DNA of 64,000 bases from Sphaerodactylus townsendi (GCF_021028975.2 NC_059436.1:25730001-25794000), one strand, 5' to 3'; shown: positions 24,094 through 39,000, counted from the first letter of the stretch. The notes: generated by a model from the letters alone, not told the origin. Translations and numbers: made by a program.

Positions 24094-27000
24094 CTAGAAA
24101 GAGGAAGCAGGAGGGGTTCAAGAAGGCCACATCCCACTCTGCCTTCACAAAGGCCCAACCAGTGGACACTCACCCCAGCCCTTCCTTGAAAACTGGCCTC
24201 TGGCCACGGTGCTTCATACCCAGATTTCACCCAGGTTCAATTGCGGTCATGTGCTTTTCATGGGACTGGCCAGAAATGTCAGAGGATCGAAAATGAATCA
24301 GCCCGGTCATGGTCAGGGCAGGCTGCCTCTGCACTCACCCACTCATGGGGGCTGCCTGTGAGCACAGTTCAAAATGAAGGCCCTGCATGGATTGTGGCCA
24401 GAGTCTGTTTGCCTCGCCTCCAAGCCTGACTCTCTACGTCCCCTTCCCCACCTCCTCCCCCTTCTGGAGGCTCACCTGGCGCTTCCTCCACTGGCCTCCA
24501 GCACTTCTCTTTTCTCAGTTTTTTTCATCTTCCCTGTCTAGCCTGAAGGCTGTTTAATGCTGTTTTGTGGCTTGTTTCAACCTAGGTAATTTAATGATCA
24601 CAATTTTTATGATTTGATTGCATTTGTTTTTACTGTGTGAACTGGGTCGAGCAGGTGTCTGGGAAGACAGCGTGTACTTTTTAAAAAATCAGTAATAAAC
24701 TGGCTAATTCTCTGAAGAGATGGACAACATAGCGCAGACCCCAGAAGATGGTCTTTTGCTGACTCCCAGGTTAGACCACAGGGGTGGACACATTTCTCCT
24801 TTTAGGTAGCCTTATCTGCGGCTCTGACAGAACCCAAAGCACCCATCTTGTGTGCAGTTCTGCTTTAGGGGTGTTGCTGAAGTGTGTGTGTGTGTGTGTG
24901 TGTGTTTGTGGGTGAGTGGGGAGCAGTGTAATGAGCAGCTGGGAAGGAAAGTGTGAAGTTGGGACTGGAGGATGCTTCTGCAGGGGGAGGGGGGGGGCTG
25001 CCCGGAATTTAATGCACTTTCACTCATTTTGAAAGGGAGCGAGTCAAACATTCACCCTCCACGCTGTTCCATTCAGTGTGCTTCTGAATACCTCAGCAGG
25101 TGCCTGGCAATGGTTGATCTATCCACTGTGACCCGGGAAGAGGGCAGCAGCACAGGGTCCATCATTAAAGTGCTCATGATGGGATCCAGGAACTCATCAC
25201 AGGCATCCGAGTAGGTCTCCTCCTCTCGCTGCTGGCGATCAGCAAGGGACTGCAAGGAGACAAGCCAAGCTGCCTTCACCTCAGCCAGGTTGTGCCAGGC
25301 CTGGTCAACTCTGCCTGGCCACAGCCTTCCAGAATCTCCGGTCGCAGAGGGTCTTTGGCACCCCCTCCAACTGAGCCATGCACCCCCTAGTTGTAAAAAT
25401 GTGTCATGCAGGCGTGTCTAGAGTTCCCGTGGTGAAGCATTCCGAAACCCAGGCTTTGCATTTGCAGGAGGTTCCTGGTTTCCAGGAGAAGGCATGATTT
25501 CATTCACATGTGCTGGGCAGCTCACAACGGAAACCCTGACCCACATCGAGCATGCCACGCAGGGTTCCAGAAGAGAGTGAAGCAGGCTCTGTGGCAGATT
25601 TGGGGGCAAAGTCACACCCCTCTCCCACCTGAAACACCAACAGCCGAGGGGGGGGGGTGCTCTAGAAAGCAGGAGTCTAGGGCACAAGGAGGCACTCTCA
25701 ACCTCCTCCCCTCACCTTGATCCGTTCTGCCAGGTTGCTGAATGCTACGATCATGTCACCCGGCTTGTTAATCTTCTTCAGAACTCGGACTGTCTGAGCA
25801 AAGAGAGTTGGGGAATACGACCACCCATCTTTCGGCACTGTGGCACAAAAGTTCTCTTCATCCCTGCAACAGACAAAGGGGCTGAAAGGACAGCTGGGGG
25901 GGGGGGGGGCTGCTGCCTTCTCTATGCAGGCAAGTTCTCTGCCAAGAGCCACAGAGGAACCTGAGATCAGTCAGGCATTCCCATCCTGGCTCCAAGGACA
26001 TGTTTGACATGGCTGCCAACGCCTTTCTCTGGAGAGCCAACAAACAGGAGGTCTCCTGGCACTGGATTTGGGGGCCTGCACTACTGGAATACAGAGTTCC
26101 CCTTCAGTCACCACAGCTAGTGGCAGCCACTGATTAACCTCCCCTCCATGAATCTGTCTGAGCCCCTTATCCAGCCACCTGTGCTCCTGGCCATGACTGC
26201 ATCCACTGACTGTCAGGCTCTCCGTTTAATTACTTGCCGAGTAAATTAGTGTTTCTACTTGTCTGTCCTGCACTACACGCCCATTCACTTCACTGTTTAT
26301 CTCTGTGTTCTACATTATGAGAGAGAGGGAAATATTTCTATTCACTTTCTCCATCCCTTGCATCATTTTCTCATGTCTCCCATCCACCCTTTTTCTTCCA
26401 GACTGAAAAGTCCCAGCCTCTGCTCACAGGTACAGGAATCTGTCACCCTCTCCGGCACTTTTCCCAGCTCTGCAATGACCTTTTTGAGATGCAGCGATCA
26501 GAACTGCACCCAGTCTTCCAATTGAGGCTGCACATGGATCTATACGTGGACACTGCTGTTTTATCCCCAGTTCCTTTCCTAATATACCCCTTATAAACTG
26601 CTTCCTCTTTGTTCCTGCATCCTGTTTCTGTCCATGTAGGGGATGGAATCACCAGACCTGACACCATCCTCCCCAACACAGGACTTACCCAAGATTTAAG
26701 TAGATAGTACAGATGTCAGAGACCAGCTGCTGGGGCTTGAAGTCAAACTCACTGAAGTCTTTGACCTTCAAGGCCCCCATTTTTGGGCCCACCAGGTGTT
26801 GTAAGAAGTCATTCAGCATGGAGATCAAACGCTCTGCCAGGAAGGGGTGCACGAAGAGGGATTTTATCTCTGCAACAGAAGCCAGACCATTTGTTAGGCT
26901 CCCCGACAAGCCCCGTTCTCTTCCACAATCCCAGGGGGACAGTGGTGCCTTTACCTGAGGTCAGGAAGCCCAGAGTCCCGATGGTTTCATTGGACATGAT

Positions 27001-30000
27001 GTTGTGAAAGCGAGCCAGCTGTCCAAACATCTGCAGACTGGCTTCCTTCTCGCGCCGTGCCTCTGGGGACAGGCTGTCCCACTCACCCCTGTCCTTCTCA
27101 ATCTGCTGGATCTTGATCTTACTCAGGTACTGCAGAAATTGGGGGAAGGGAAAGGTGACTGCATTGCTCAATGATAATTAGATCCAAAACCAGACTCAAA
27201 GCACCCTTCAAGCAGGAAAACATCTGTACATCCTTGTCCAGCTGAGCTTCTTTGTGGGGCTCAAGGGCAATTCCCTGACAACCCCAGGGAATTGGATTCT
27301 GACCACACAGCTGCCCATTGTGATCTATTTGCTGCTTACTTTGCAGACAAAATTGCCCTGATCTCTTTTGGGCTAGAAGCCAGCATAGAAGCATATTGAG
27401 ATGAAGTACTTTTGGCACTCACATGTCCCATTTATATGGATACCTTTCTGCTTGTTCAAACCCAAGGACGCAGACAAGATCTTTGGAGAAGTGAGACCTC
27501 CCACCAGTATTCTCAATCCTCCAGGCTGAAAAAAGCTGCCAGAACAGGGCTGCTTTCTTGACAGGGGGCGCTGTGCTGCCTGTGCTCAAGGAGGCAGCAA
27601 CGAGACCCATTTTGAAAACCCTCCTCCCTAAGGCCTCCTGCATCGGACAACTTCCAGCCGCTCTCCAGTCTGGCATCCTTGGTCAAGGTGCTTGAGTGGG
27701 TTGTTGTTTCTCAGCTCCGGGGGCTCTTGGAAGAGGCAGCTTTTCTGGGCCCAAATCAACCTGGCCTCAAGCTGGACCAGATGCTGACTGCTTGGGCCAC
27801 CTGGGTTGATGATCGCTACTGGGAGCCAGACGGAGGATTGTGATCCTATGCTAGCTCTGTTGGGCCTCTCAGAGGCCTTCAATACTACCAACAATAATTT
27901 CCTACTCAGCCCCCTCTCAGAACTGAGATAGTGGTCTGAGTCCTATTAAGGGGGTGGTTTTCATCTTCCAAGTGCCACGTGGCTTCGGACCAGGGCACCC
28001 AAAGGTCGCTCTTTGCTCACATGTTCCTGACTGGGAATGAAGGTTGCAGTGCAGCCCTCCTCAAAGAAGTTCACCTGGTGGGTACATGAGAGAGGGGCTT
28101 TTCAGTGGCAACCCCACAATTAGGAGACAACCACTCCAGGAAGGCACACCTGCCCCCTCCCTTTTGGAGACAGCTGGAGTTGGCTTGATTTAGGACGGCA
28201 TTTGATTAAGTTACTAGTAATCTTAAAGTGTGATTTCAAATGTTGGTTTTATGTAGCCTATTTTATGTATGTTGGCTATACTGTAAGCCACCTTGGGCTC
28301 TTTAATGCAGCTAATAAATGTTTTTTCCCTAAACAAATTAAGCTGCTGTGTGAGCAAAAATCCAGGATGTGGAAGCCAGGAGAAGAGCAAGATTTTAACA
28401 TGATGCGGCCTGGTTCTAGAGCCGTTTTCTTTGCGGTGAGGTGGGTGAGAAGGGAGAGTCTGTGAGGTGCTTCACAAGGTATACCTTCTGGCAAGGGCCT
28501 GGCTCCAGTCTCCACGGAGGCTCAGAGGCAGCTCTCCAGGTAGGTAGAACCCGAAGAGAGCCCCAGCACATAACAGCACAATCAAGGGCCTACCCAAGGT
28601 CTTTGGAGGAACCTGCCTCCACTACATGGGTGGAAGTATCCTTCCTGCAGTCCAGGGATCACGGAAGTCATCCTGATGTGAACGTCCCATACAGAGCCCC
28701 AGGTGAGCCAGGGAAGGACTCTAGAAGAACTCTCCAAGTCACTGGAAGCTGTGGTGGGAGTTCTTCCAACAGGCACGACTCCAAGCAACTTGCACCTCAC
28801 AGTTCTTTTCCTTGGATGCTTCTCCCACCCCAGCTTGGCAAAAACACGTTACCTGTATTGCTTCGTCCAGAAGGAAAATGGCATCATTCATGAGCAGGTT
28901 AATGAAGCGCAGAAAGAGGGGAGGGGCCATTGCTTCCAGGTTCTCCAGGGCGTAGTCAGCAAGTGCCTGGAAAAAGCGGGAAGAGATGGCTGTTTCCCTC
29001 AAGCCTCCGCTGCAGCTGCATCCCAAGTGACCTGCTGGGCAGTCTCTTTTGCCTTACCTTGATGCTTTCCCGGTAAGAATCTGTGCCCCACATATACCGC
29101 AGAATGGGATACATGGGCCGACGGTAGTTGAATTTCTGTTCAAACTGATGGGGATCTCCTAAGTGGGGGAAGAATGGAGGAAGAAGTGCCAGATGTCATC
29201 CTGACCATTTTGGAGGAAAGGCCAGAAAAGCAGCAGAGACATTCCTGGTGGAGAATAAGGGGCTCAAATCCCTCGGAAGGGAAACTCTCCCCTCCCCCAC
29301 CCCAGCACTGCCAGAAAAGGTGCCAAGAGCAGGATCCTGCCTGGTGGGCAGGTGGCCAGGGTGCCTCACCTGTGAACTCAATGTCCACAAAGACTGTCAG
29401 GAGTGCCTCAGCCAAATGGGCAGCGTGCACGTAGGAGCAAAAGATCCTCTTGCGATGGAAGACGCTGGAGACAAGCGAGTTCTGCACAGGATCTAAGTGG
29501 GGCATGACGGCCTCCAGCACCTCTGCTAGTTTGGCACGCAGATGCGGGTTCTTCATCCTACAAGGGATGGAAGAATGCTAGGATGTCCAAGAACCTGTCG
29601 TTTTAATCGTCTAGAAGGTGACAGATCTATTGGACACACTTCCAACTAACCTGACAGCTGCCTCAGAAGTAGAACATGAAGGCCACCAGAAGCCACCTGG
29701 CAGATGTTTGTATGGACAGGCAGGGCCTAAATATTTCACATTCATTTCAATACCTACTGAACAGGTGTCCACTGGTCCCCTAGGCTACCACTGCTTTTGG
29801 GCCTTGGCAAGACTCAAGAGAACTGGACTCCTCACCCCTTTTCCCGACAGCAGCAACAGCTGTCCTTGGCCTGGTGTGCCATGCCACCAGCTTCAGGGCA
29901 TGCAGCAGCAGAGGTGCAAGAGCCCACGCAAGACAAGCCCGGGCAATGTTACCATCAGCCGTCTGAGCAGCCTAAGACCAGCCTGGCAGCAAGCTGAGGA

Positions 30001-33000
30001 TTGCAGCTTGGGCCAAAGGCTGAACCCCAATATTCATTAGAAACTAAAGTCTTCAGCCTTTGTGGGAAAGTGGCCAAAGGGGTCTTTACCTGCCCACATC
30101 CCCAGTAAAAACAGTCACAAAGTCCAGAACGTGCTCCAAGGAGTCACCCGACGTCTCCAGAAGATCATCAGCAAAGCGGCGCAGAAAAATGAAGAAGTCG
30201 CCCAGGTTATCAGCAAAGAACTCTGTGAATACAAGTCCCACATGAGCTGCTTGCTAGGAACGGTTCTCAGCACTAAGCCACCATCTGCCCCTTTCCCACA
30301 GCCTGCTGAGTGGCTGCTCGAGCCACGGCTAACAGCAGCAACCCTTTCTCTTGGCTGGAAACTCCTGCGAGTCTAGAGAGCCTCCTCTGGAACGGCCGCC
30401 CTTTTGCTCTACCAGCGGCAGATGACAGCAGATGGAAGGCCAAGCGCACCTACGAGGCAGGCCATGCCCAGGATCCATTCCCCGAGGCCTGAATACACAG
30501 GGGGTGGTGGTGGTGGCAGGTGCTTCCAAGGCCAGTGAGAAGAGCAGGACCCCCAAGTTTGTAGTGCTTGAGGCCCAACAGATACAACCAACACCTCACA
30601 ATTACAGAGGGAAAGAGCAGGCTTGACAGCACCCGTTGGCCGCAAGATATCTCGGTCACCTGGCACATGGGCGAGCGCACTCTCCTTCACTTCTGGAAGA
30701 GGGAATGTTAGGTCTGCAAACTCTGTGCCGCGGTTTCCAATGGCCAGCTGGACCAGGAGCAGGGACATGGACACCTGCAGGTTGAGGCAGTTCTGCAGCA
30801 TCTGCGGCTCAGTCATGGCAGCTTTGGTGGAGAGATAGATGGTCATGAGGCGCTCAAACTGCTCCCGGAGGCCGTCCGCTGTGGGGCTGGAGCTCTGCTG
30901 AGCCTCTCGCCAGGCCACCTGCAGGCGGTGGAGGCTTTGGTTGATTTTGATCAGCTGGTCATGCAACCTGCACAAACAGAAAGGGGGGGGGAGAGGGGTC
31001 AAAGATGGAGTCTGAGAGGACTCACTAAAAGAACGCCAGCTGCCCAAGCGGACCCACGGCGGAGGCAAAAACCCAAACCCCTGCTGGACCAGATGAGCTG
31101 CACCCCCCAGAAAAAGGCAATCCATTATTTGAAGGGTGGCTTGGACTGGAGAGGAGTCAAGCATCAGGACTGCACCCTAGAATTTCGTCCACAGCCCTGG
31201 ATGAAAGGCCTCTCTCTCTAAGCAAGTTCATTCTCACACTTACCTTCACACCAGGAGACAGCAGCCAGCAGAGCCCCTGAAGACAGGCCCTGAAGACAGG
31301 TCTTTCCCACCTGCTAGCGGTGCAAACGCAGGAATTTCCAGGGGCTTGGCCATTCCTGTCCCCAACTGATCCTTGTGGAGGCAGTACCTGTGGAATCCCA
31401 GATGCAGCGTGTACTGGGTCAGCACCAAGTTCTCCGTCACCAGGTTGTAGCTGGGGGCAAACTCAGGCTCCTGGTCCATCATAGCTGGGATCAAGCAGGT
31501 CTCCTTTTCCATACCTTTAAGGAAGAGAAAGGGGGAGGTTCTCCACCAGCTCTCAAAAGTGCGTGCGCACACACACAGGATCAAAGGATTCTGTGTCCCA
31601 CAGTTCATCCTCTCTCTTTTTTTGTTATTTGCTGCTCTCCAGAGATCAGCTTGTCTGCAAGCAACATATTATAAAAGCACTACCACTAAAATGATCAGCT
31701 ATTACCTATTCCTCAGCCCCAGCAACTTCCCTCATGGACCCCACTGCAAGCATTTTCAGGGTGGAATTTGACTTGAATCCTGGAGCACCTGAAGGACCTT
31801 AAAGATCACATGTAATCAGCATGAGCTTTTGTGAGTCAAAGTTTGCTTCTTCAGAGACAGCGGAAAGACAGAAAAGAATGTGCCGTCAAAGGCTTTCATG
31901 GCCAGAATCAATTAGCTGTCGTGGGTTTTCTGGACTGTGTGGCCATGATCTCACAGCTTTTGGTCCTAATGTTTTGCCCACATCTGTGGCTGGCATCTTT
32001 AAAGGTATGTATGGCAAGATGTGTTTCTGTCTGTAGCACAAGAGAGATCTGTTTCTCTCACCATGACATACCTCTGAAGATGCCAGCCATGGATGCAGGC
32101 AAAATGTTAGGGAGAAAACTATCAGACCCACAACAGCTAGACTAGAGAAAGAATAGTTTCTCATATTTAACCAGCAAATTACAGGAGGGGAGGGGGGAGA
32201 CTGGAGCAAAGAGGGCTGGTGTCATAAATCAGGTGCGATTCTCTACATCACGGATCTGGACAGCCAGGTTGTTACACAGAACAGATAACCAGAGGGATCC
32301 GAGGTTCTCACCTCTCTCTTCCATGCCATGAAGAGAAGCAGAAGAGCAACACAGTTGGGTAAATAAAGCAATTGAAGGAAGACACTTTCTGACACATGAG
32401 AGACTTAGATGATGTCAGCAAAGGGTCATGATAGGATACAAATAATTAAGAACAGCCTAGTCAAGTTTCTAAGAAGGGTGGCCTACGAACAAGCAGGAAG
32501 TCCTTCAAGAGGGCAGCCTGGAAGGTTTCCTGGCCACCGTGGGGGAGGCGCTCCCCAAAGCCAGGCCCACTGCTCACGGCTCACCTTTCAGATGCACGTT
32601 CTTGCTCCGCTGCTCCTCCTCATTCAGCTCTTTCAGAGCACAGTAGGTGGGGTCAAATGTGAGGAGCCGAGGAGACCGGGGCTTGCAGAAGGGCTGGCAC
32701 AGCCTGAGGAGGGCAGCCCCCAAGTTCAGGAAGAAGGCGTCTGAGGCATACATCTGGAGGAAGATCTCTGGCATCTGGTTGGTCCAGATCTTGGTGCGGC
32801 CTGCGTTGGCATGCAGGCAGTTCCCAAGCCAGGACAGGATCCGGTGTTTGGTCTGCGGGGACAGCTGCAGCAGGTTCTTCAGCATCTGATAGATCTTCTC
32901 GTGGAACTGGGACATGAACTGGTGCCAAGACAGACAGACAGACACGTGCATGTGAGAATATGCACTCCAAGATGAGCATCCAACAGCTACCACAGTATTG

Positions 33001-36000
33001 CCGAAGGCTTTCACAGACTTTGGGTCTCAGGCTTGCTTACCAAGGGCTGCAATGTTTTATGCAGTACAATTAGCACTGATTAGGCAGCTCCTCTGCCTTG
33101 AGAACCCCTTTGACCCCCACAAAGCAAGTCTTCTGGGGTAGTGACAGCTATAGTATTCGTTACCTTACTGACCATTCCTTACTGAGTTTGCAAGCTAATA
33201 AGAGTTCCAGCACTCAATTAACTTTGTTTGCTTAAAGTTACTTTTATCTTGGGACAGTCAATTGAAGAAGCTCCTGAAAAATTAGGCAACTTGCTTTTTA
33301 ATACAGGTTAAGAGTTGAGATTGGTCTGCTTGTCTTGCTATATCAGTAAGTCATAAGCACATGCTGATTGGCTCATTTGGACTTCTATAGATTATCTCAT
33401 ATTTCGTTATGAGTCAATCAGTTATCAGATCACATAATCATGATAGAACAAATTAAGAAATGACATCTTTCTATAAATATGCACTATTGTGACAAGCAAA
33501 TCAAATTCTTCTGGGTAGAAGTCTCAGAAGAACATTAGGAGAGATTTCCAAAGCCATAACTTGAGCTTTTTGACCATTTTTAAAAGCTTGGTTTGGTTTT
33601 CAAATTACTGCTCACATAACAAGATGCAGCAGTGCAGGAACATCGATAGTTCAGAACCCTCTAACTGGGTGCAGGAGGGAATCTCTCACTACACAGATCT
33701 TCTTCAAAGGCCTCCCATTCCGACACAGAGCGAGGAGGGCCCACAGGAGGGCATTGACTTGGAGGGCTGCTGCTATCCTCTTTTTTGGCACTTTGGTAAA
33801 ATAAACCTCTGTTTGCTTGACTTATTTTTCTTGCTCTTTGAATTATCTGTGGTTCGTCGACCAGTCTGCAGAGTTGCACTGGCCTTTGTTGTGGGCTACC
33901 TTGGGAATCCATTTTGGAAGGAATGGCAGGACATAAGTGTCAGTAAGTTTAAGGCAGAGAGCAATGGACATTATCAAACATCCTCCTCTATTCTGAGCAC
34001 TACCTGTTTCAGCTACATGAGCATGAACGACTGTGAGAGACAAGGCACCTCCCCCCACCTGATGAATGTTGGATTCTTGCACTTTGATCTCCTGAGGGCT
34101 GGATCGAGATGGGGACAGGAAGTAGCCATGATTCTCAACAACACCAGGAGTCTTCAGCAAGCACGAAATATTCAAGATGGTCCCCAGCAAAGTCTTCTGG
34201 TAGAGTTGCCCATTGGTTAGGTCCTTTGGCTGGATGTATTCTACAAAGACCTGGCCAAATGGAAGTTGAAGGTATTGATAAACAAAAACAACAGGAACAG
34301 CCGCCACATGAACTTCAGCCAGTGCGTCCTTCTCCATTCCCCTCAGAGAATTACGACTCTGCAAGAGAAACTGGTCCACATCATGGTCACAACTAGAACC
34401 CGGAGCCCAGCTGGGTCAGGATGAGCTGGAGAGCAAGGACACGAGCAGCCCCAGCTGTCTTGCAGGGGAGCCTGGCAGAGAATGAGCAGCCATCTCCTCC
34501 AAAAGGTGGCTCTGCCTGGGCAGCAGCAGCAGCAGCAGCTGAAGGTTCACAGGGCAACTCACTCTGCTGCTCCCTGGCCCCAAAGGGAGAGGACAGACAA
34601 GTGCTCACCTGGGCGATATCCTTTTGTCTGGTGAAGTAAAGGAGCATGTCCAGGTAGGAATACAGGAGGATTTGGCAAAGGTGCAGTTCTCGGATCCGTC
34701 CCAAAAGAATGTCAAAGACAGGCACCATGACCTCTCCAAATGACCGCACTTCCTCATCCATGGTAATGACTTCTATGACTTCTTCCAGGAACTCAGTTAC
34801 CTCTTCAAACTCTACAGAGGAGGGTGAGGAGAAGAAGGAAAAGGCGGTTAGAAAGCATCTTTTAAAGACCTGTAGGAGCTGCAGCTCATTAACTTTTCAA
34901 AGGACGCAAGGCGCCACCACAGTGCAAGGGAGGGGCCAGCTAAGTGGCAAAGAACTGTTCTTGCATGCAGAGGTCCAGTCCTCAGCATCTCCAGGGAAAA
35001 GGATCAGGCCACTGGTAATGCGAAAGGCCTCTGCTGGAGATGCCAGAAAGCCAAACAGGAAATACTGTCTTCAATCATCCAGTGGTCTGATTCAGCATTC
35101 AACTTACGGGCCCCTCTCAACGCCTCCAGGATCAAGTCCACCAGCTGCTCATAGACATTCTGGTTGATGTAAATCTCCGGCATGAGGAGGACAGTGCGGG
35201 TATTGGACACAGTCAGGTTTCGACAGCGCACTGCGAAGGGCAAAAGGTTCTCTGGCACTTTGGTGATCTAGGACAACAGAAAAAAGCTCTTTGTTTGTGG
35301 TCTGTTCTGCTCAGGGCCAGCAAGCTAACAAGGGGAGTGCCGCATGTCTACAGACCTCCTCTTTTGCTCTCTGGAAGCAGGCAAAGAGGTAATGAAGAAT
35401 GCGCTTTTCCCCTGCGTCTCTTTCAGCTGAGAGATTCTGCACAGCGGTGGTGGTCATGTAGATCAAGTGATTCCCTGGTTCTGGGAGCAGCAGTCGGGTG
35501 AAGAGTGCCTGGAGACATAAATTTAACACAGGACATAAATCCCCAGTATGTGTCTGAGGGCATCTGGGGAAAGTGCTCTGCTATTATCTCCCCCTTACAA
35601 CTCCTTGTTTAGACCATTAGGAAGTTTTGTAGACCAGCTTAATAGCAATATTTAAGATTATCTGGACTACTGGACTTTTTCTATTGCTGTGACATATAAA
35701 AGTTTAAAGTTTAATGAACACTAAATATTATGGGCTATAAGGTAGAAGTGCCTTTATGATTCAAGAAAAAGCTCAACCAAACAACCTATATGGCTGTAGA
35801 AACCAAGTCTCACACATATTACAAGAGAAGACCAGCCACCTGAACTGCAAACACAGCAGCCAGCTCGAAGGGCCGGCCAGCCTCCCCAGGAAAAGCTCAC
35901 CAAATTCTCAGCCAGGGGAACCCGCTGCGTACCTGTTCCACGTTCTCCATGTCCAGCCAATCCTGGTCCTCCAGCTCCTCGGCCATCTCTTCCAGGTACA

Positions 36001-39000
36001 CACAGCGCGAGGGGATTCCATTGCCACTTTTCAGACTAGGATCACCTGGGGGTGAGGAGCCAAGCTGAAGTTCAGAACTCAGTCAAAGCCAACAATAAAT
36101 GTATGCAAAGGACACAACAAAACTGTACCGCACCTGAGGCACTTTTGTTGGGGTTGACGGGGGAAAGTATTCCCGATCAATTTGGTATATGACAACTGCA
36201 GCAAGAATTATATATGCATACAAATGGAGGGACAACACAATTCCAACGAAACAAGACTGGATCTTGAAAGTCACAGAGTATGCAGAGATGGCCAGGCTTA
36301 CGGTGGTTATTAGAGACAAGAATACGGACAATTTTCTGAAAGACTGGAAATCCTTTGGTGACTACTTATTGAAAACATGTTCAAACATAGGAGAAACGGC
36401 AGGATTCAATACTTAAATGAAAACAGCGTATTGGATCAAGACAACTTTATAAGGAGGACTAAATTTTTTTTAAAAGGTAAATATGAATTATAAGCATGGA
36501 GTTAGAATTATGCTTGAATCCTCAGTGGGGTAGCTGGAGGTCACCGTGTATAGGTGGAGGTGTGTGCGTGTGTGTGTTTTCTTCTTTTCATTTTGCGTTG
36601 CGATTGTGGGGAAGACTAGATCGGGATTTTAAAAAATCTTTCTAAGTATGTTATTTAGAGGTGTAAAATAAATAAAAATTATTATTAAAAAAACTATACC
36701 GCCATCAAAAATGTATTCCACAACACTTTCTAACCAAGCAATACTCAGAACTTGCACCTTTAACAAACACATTATTAGTATTTGATACTTCACATCCCAA
36801 CACAACACTACAATCTCACTTCCCCCAAGGTTCTTTGCCTTGCAGACTTTAGGAATCATGGAACACAGAGTGAAGTTTTTTCTTGGGAGTGCAGGTAATC
36901 GAGCATCTGTCTCTTGTCAGTGTCATCGCTCATATCTGAAGAGACAGACAGGGCGTGCGCCAGTTCAAGAGGCAGGGGCTGGAAAGGGGCTTTGCCTTCT
37001 TGAGCACAGCCTTCTAGAACTGGGATGGGCAGGCAGCCACAGGAAAGTGATGAGTGCCTCGCAAGGCATTCTTGGTGCCCTCCAGTGCTGCTGCCGTCCT
37101 TTTAAAGTTACTTCTCCCCTCCGGTGGATGCTCAGGCATGCACACACTTTTGCTCTTTCCTTTGTACCAATGATGTTGATGATGCCCCATTGAAGGAAAA
37201 CGCAGGAGTGAGGGAGTATGTCTCCCCTGCAGGGCATGTTACAATTTGGCAGGAAGGCAGAGGATGGGGGGAGCAGATAGGAAAGTAACAGAGAAAAGGT
37301 TTATCCATCCAAACAAACTACACTGAACTGCTCTGAAATGCTGCAAATTATGTACAACCAATAATTCTGCCTCCCGATACACCCACCAAGCTTCCATTTT
37401 GTGACTGGTAGGTCCCAAAACTACTGAGAAAAGTTAAGCAGCTTCCCGAAACATGAAGTCCACCTTCCCCATATCATGTATTTATTTACTTTATTTATAT
37501 TAAGCCTTTCCCCCCAACAAGGAACCAAAGTAGCTCACATTGTTTTCTCTTCCATTTTATCCTACACAAACCTCGAGTGGTTGGTTAGGGCCCCCCCCCC
37601 CCCCAATGACCCGCACAGGAAATCTCTCTCTTGCACCCCATGAACACAACAGAGGCATTTCACACACGTGCACACACCACATGCAGCAGAGGGGAAGAAT
37701 TCAGAATGCTGGCCCTCAGCTCAGAGAACAGATAAGTCAGGGACACCGGGGAAACCCACAGAAAACATTTTCCTCTTCCCTTTCTACCCAACTAGGGCCT
37801 GTGAGGCAGCAGACAATTTACAGGACATTAAGTACCAACTTCAAATACATACATAGATGAAACAATATAAAAAAGAAGGAGGGTCAGCAAAGGGAAGTGG
37901 CAAACTGTGCAAAACGGAATCACTCAGGGAGCTTTTCTTCTTGTTCTCTTTTAGGGCTCTACTGTAATGAAAGATGCTTTGGCCAAGGCCTGGGGACTGT
38001 AGACGAGACTACTGTGTGCCGTCTGCGATTAGTATACTCCCACTAGATAATTTCTGCAGCATTTAATAGGTCATGTTTCAGTACTTATGCTTTGCTTCTG
38101 CCTGCTTGCAGATTTGCTGCACATTGGCCCATCCTGTTGATTGTATTTCACGAATACTACGCAGTGAGAAAGGGAGGCCATTGCTAATGTAAACAAATAT
38201 CACCAGGGAAGGAATTCCACAGTTCTGGTGTCCTGAGAAAGAAGGCCATCTCCCCACAGGTGACCATAATGCTTGGACAGGTTCTCATGGAAGAAGGCAG
38301 TCCTTGAAATACACTTCTCTCAAGCCGATTGGAGGGCAGGGGTGCAGCACATTGGGGTTTTTTTGGGGGGGGGAGGGGGGCATTCAGCATGGGTCTGCCG
38401 GGTCACCTGAGGGCCATACATTGGATGACCCAGTTCACCTCTGACAAAAATGGGCTTGGCTCCGACACAGCCCAATCAGCACCTGCTCTCTTTTAGGAGC
38501 TTGGGCAGTACCCATACAGCAACCAGAATATCCCCAGAAAGATGATCTTAGTTCATGCCCAGTGGCAGAGTCTGCAGCCAGGAACCCCAGCCCTCCCAGC
38601 TTGGACAGCAATGCCCCTCACTTACTATTGTCTAGCGTGATCAGGAAGATCCTCTGGATCATGTGGTTGATGTTGAGCTGCTCACAGAGCTCCTGCTGAG
38701 AGCGGAAGGAGCGGCTGATCTCAGCCACAGAGTAGTCACAGTCCTCCAGACTCTCCGACACACTGTTGTCAGACTCATCCTGGCTGGCGGAGGCTTCTTC
38801 CACTAGAGGAGGACAGCGGGTCAACGAGAGGTCCAGCCCCACCCAACAAAAGCCAGCCCTCTCCCTTGGTCAAGAAGCAGGAGGTAACTGGTTTCTGCTC
38901 AAGGAAGGCATCACCTTCAGGAAAAACTAGAGGGTGACCGTTCACCAGGGCACCGCTCTCTCTGGAGGCTGCCTGCCAGCCACCCACAGCCTGGGCATTT

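Noticed and set aside
33020-33932. Possible solo LTR in UBE4A intron 7, and the 219-aa ORF 33561-34220
   Set aside because: AATAAA and a ...GACA end are suggestive, but no matching 5' end or TSD could be fixed; the ORF has no recognisable motif and is partly antisense to a UBE4A exon
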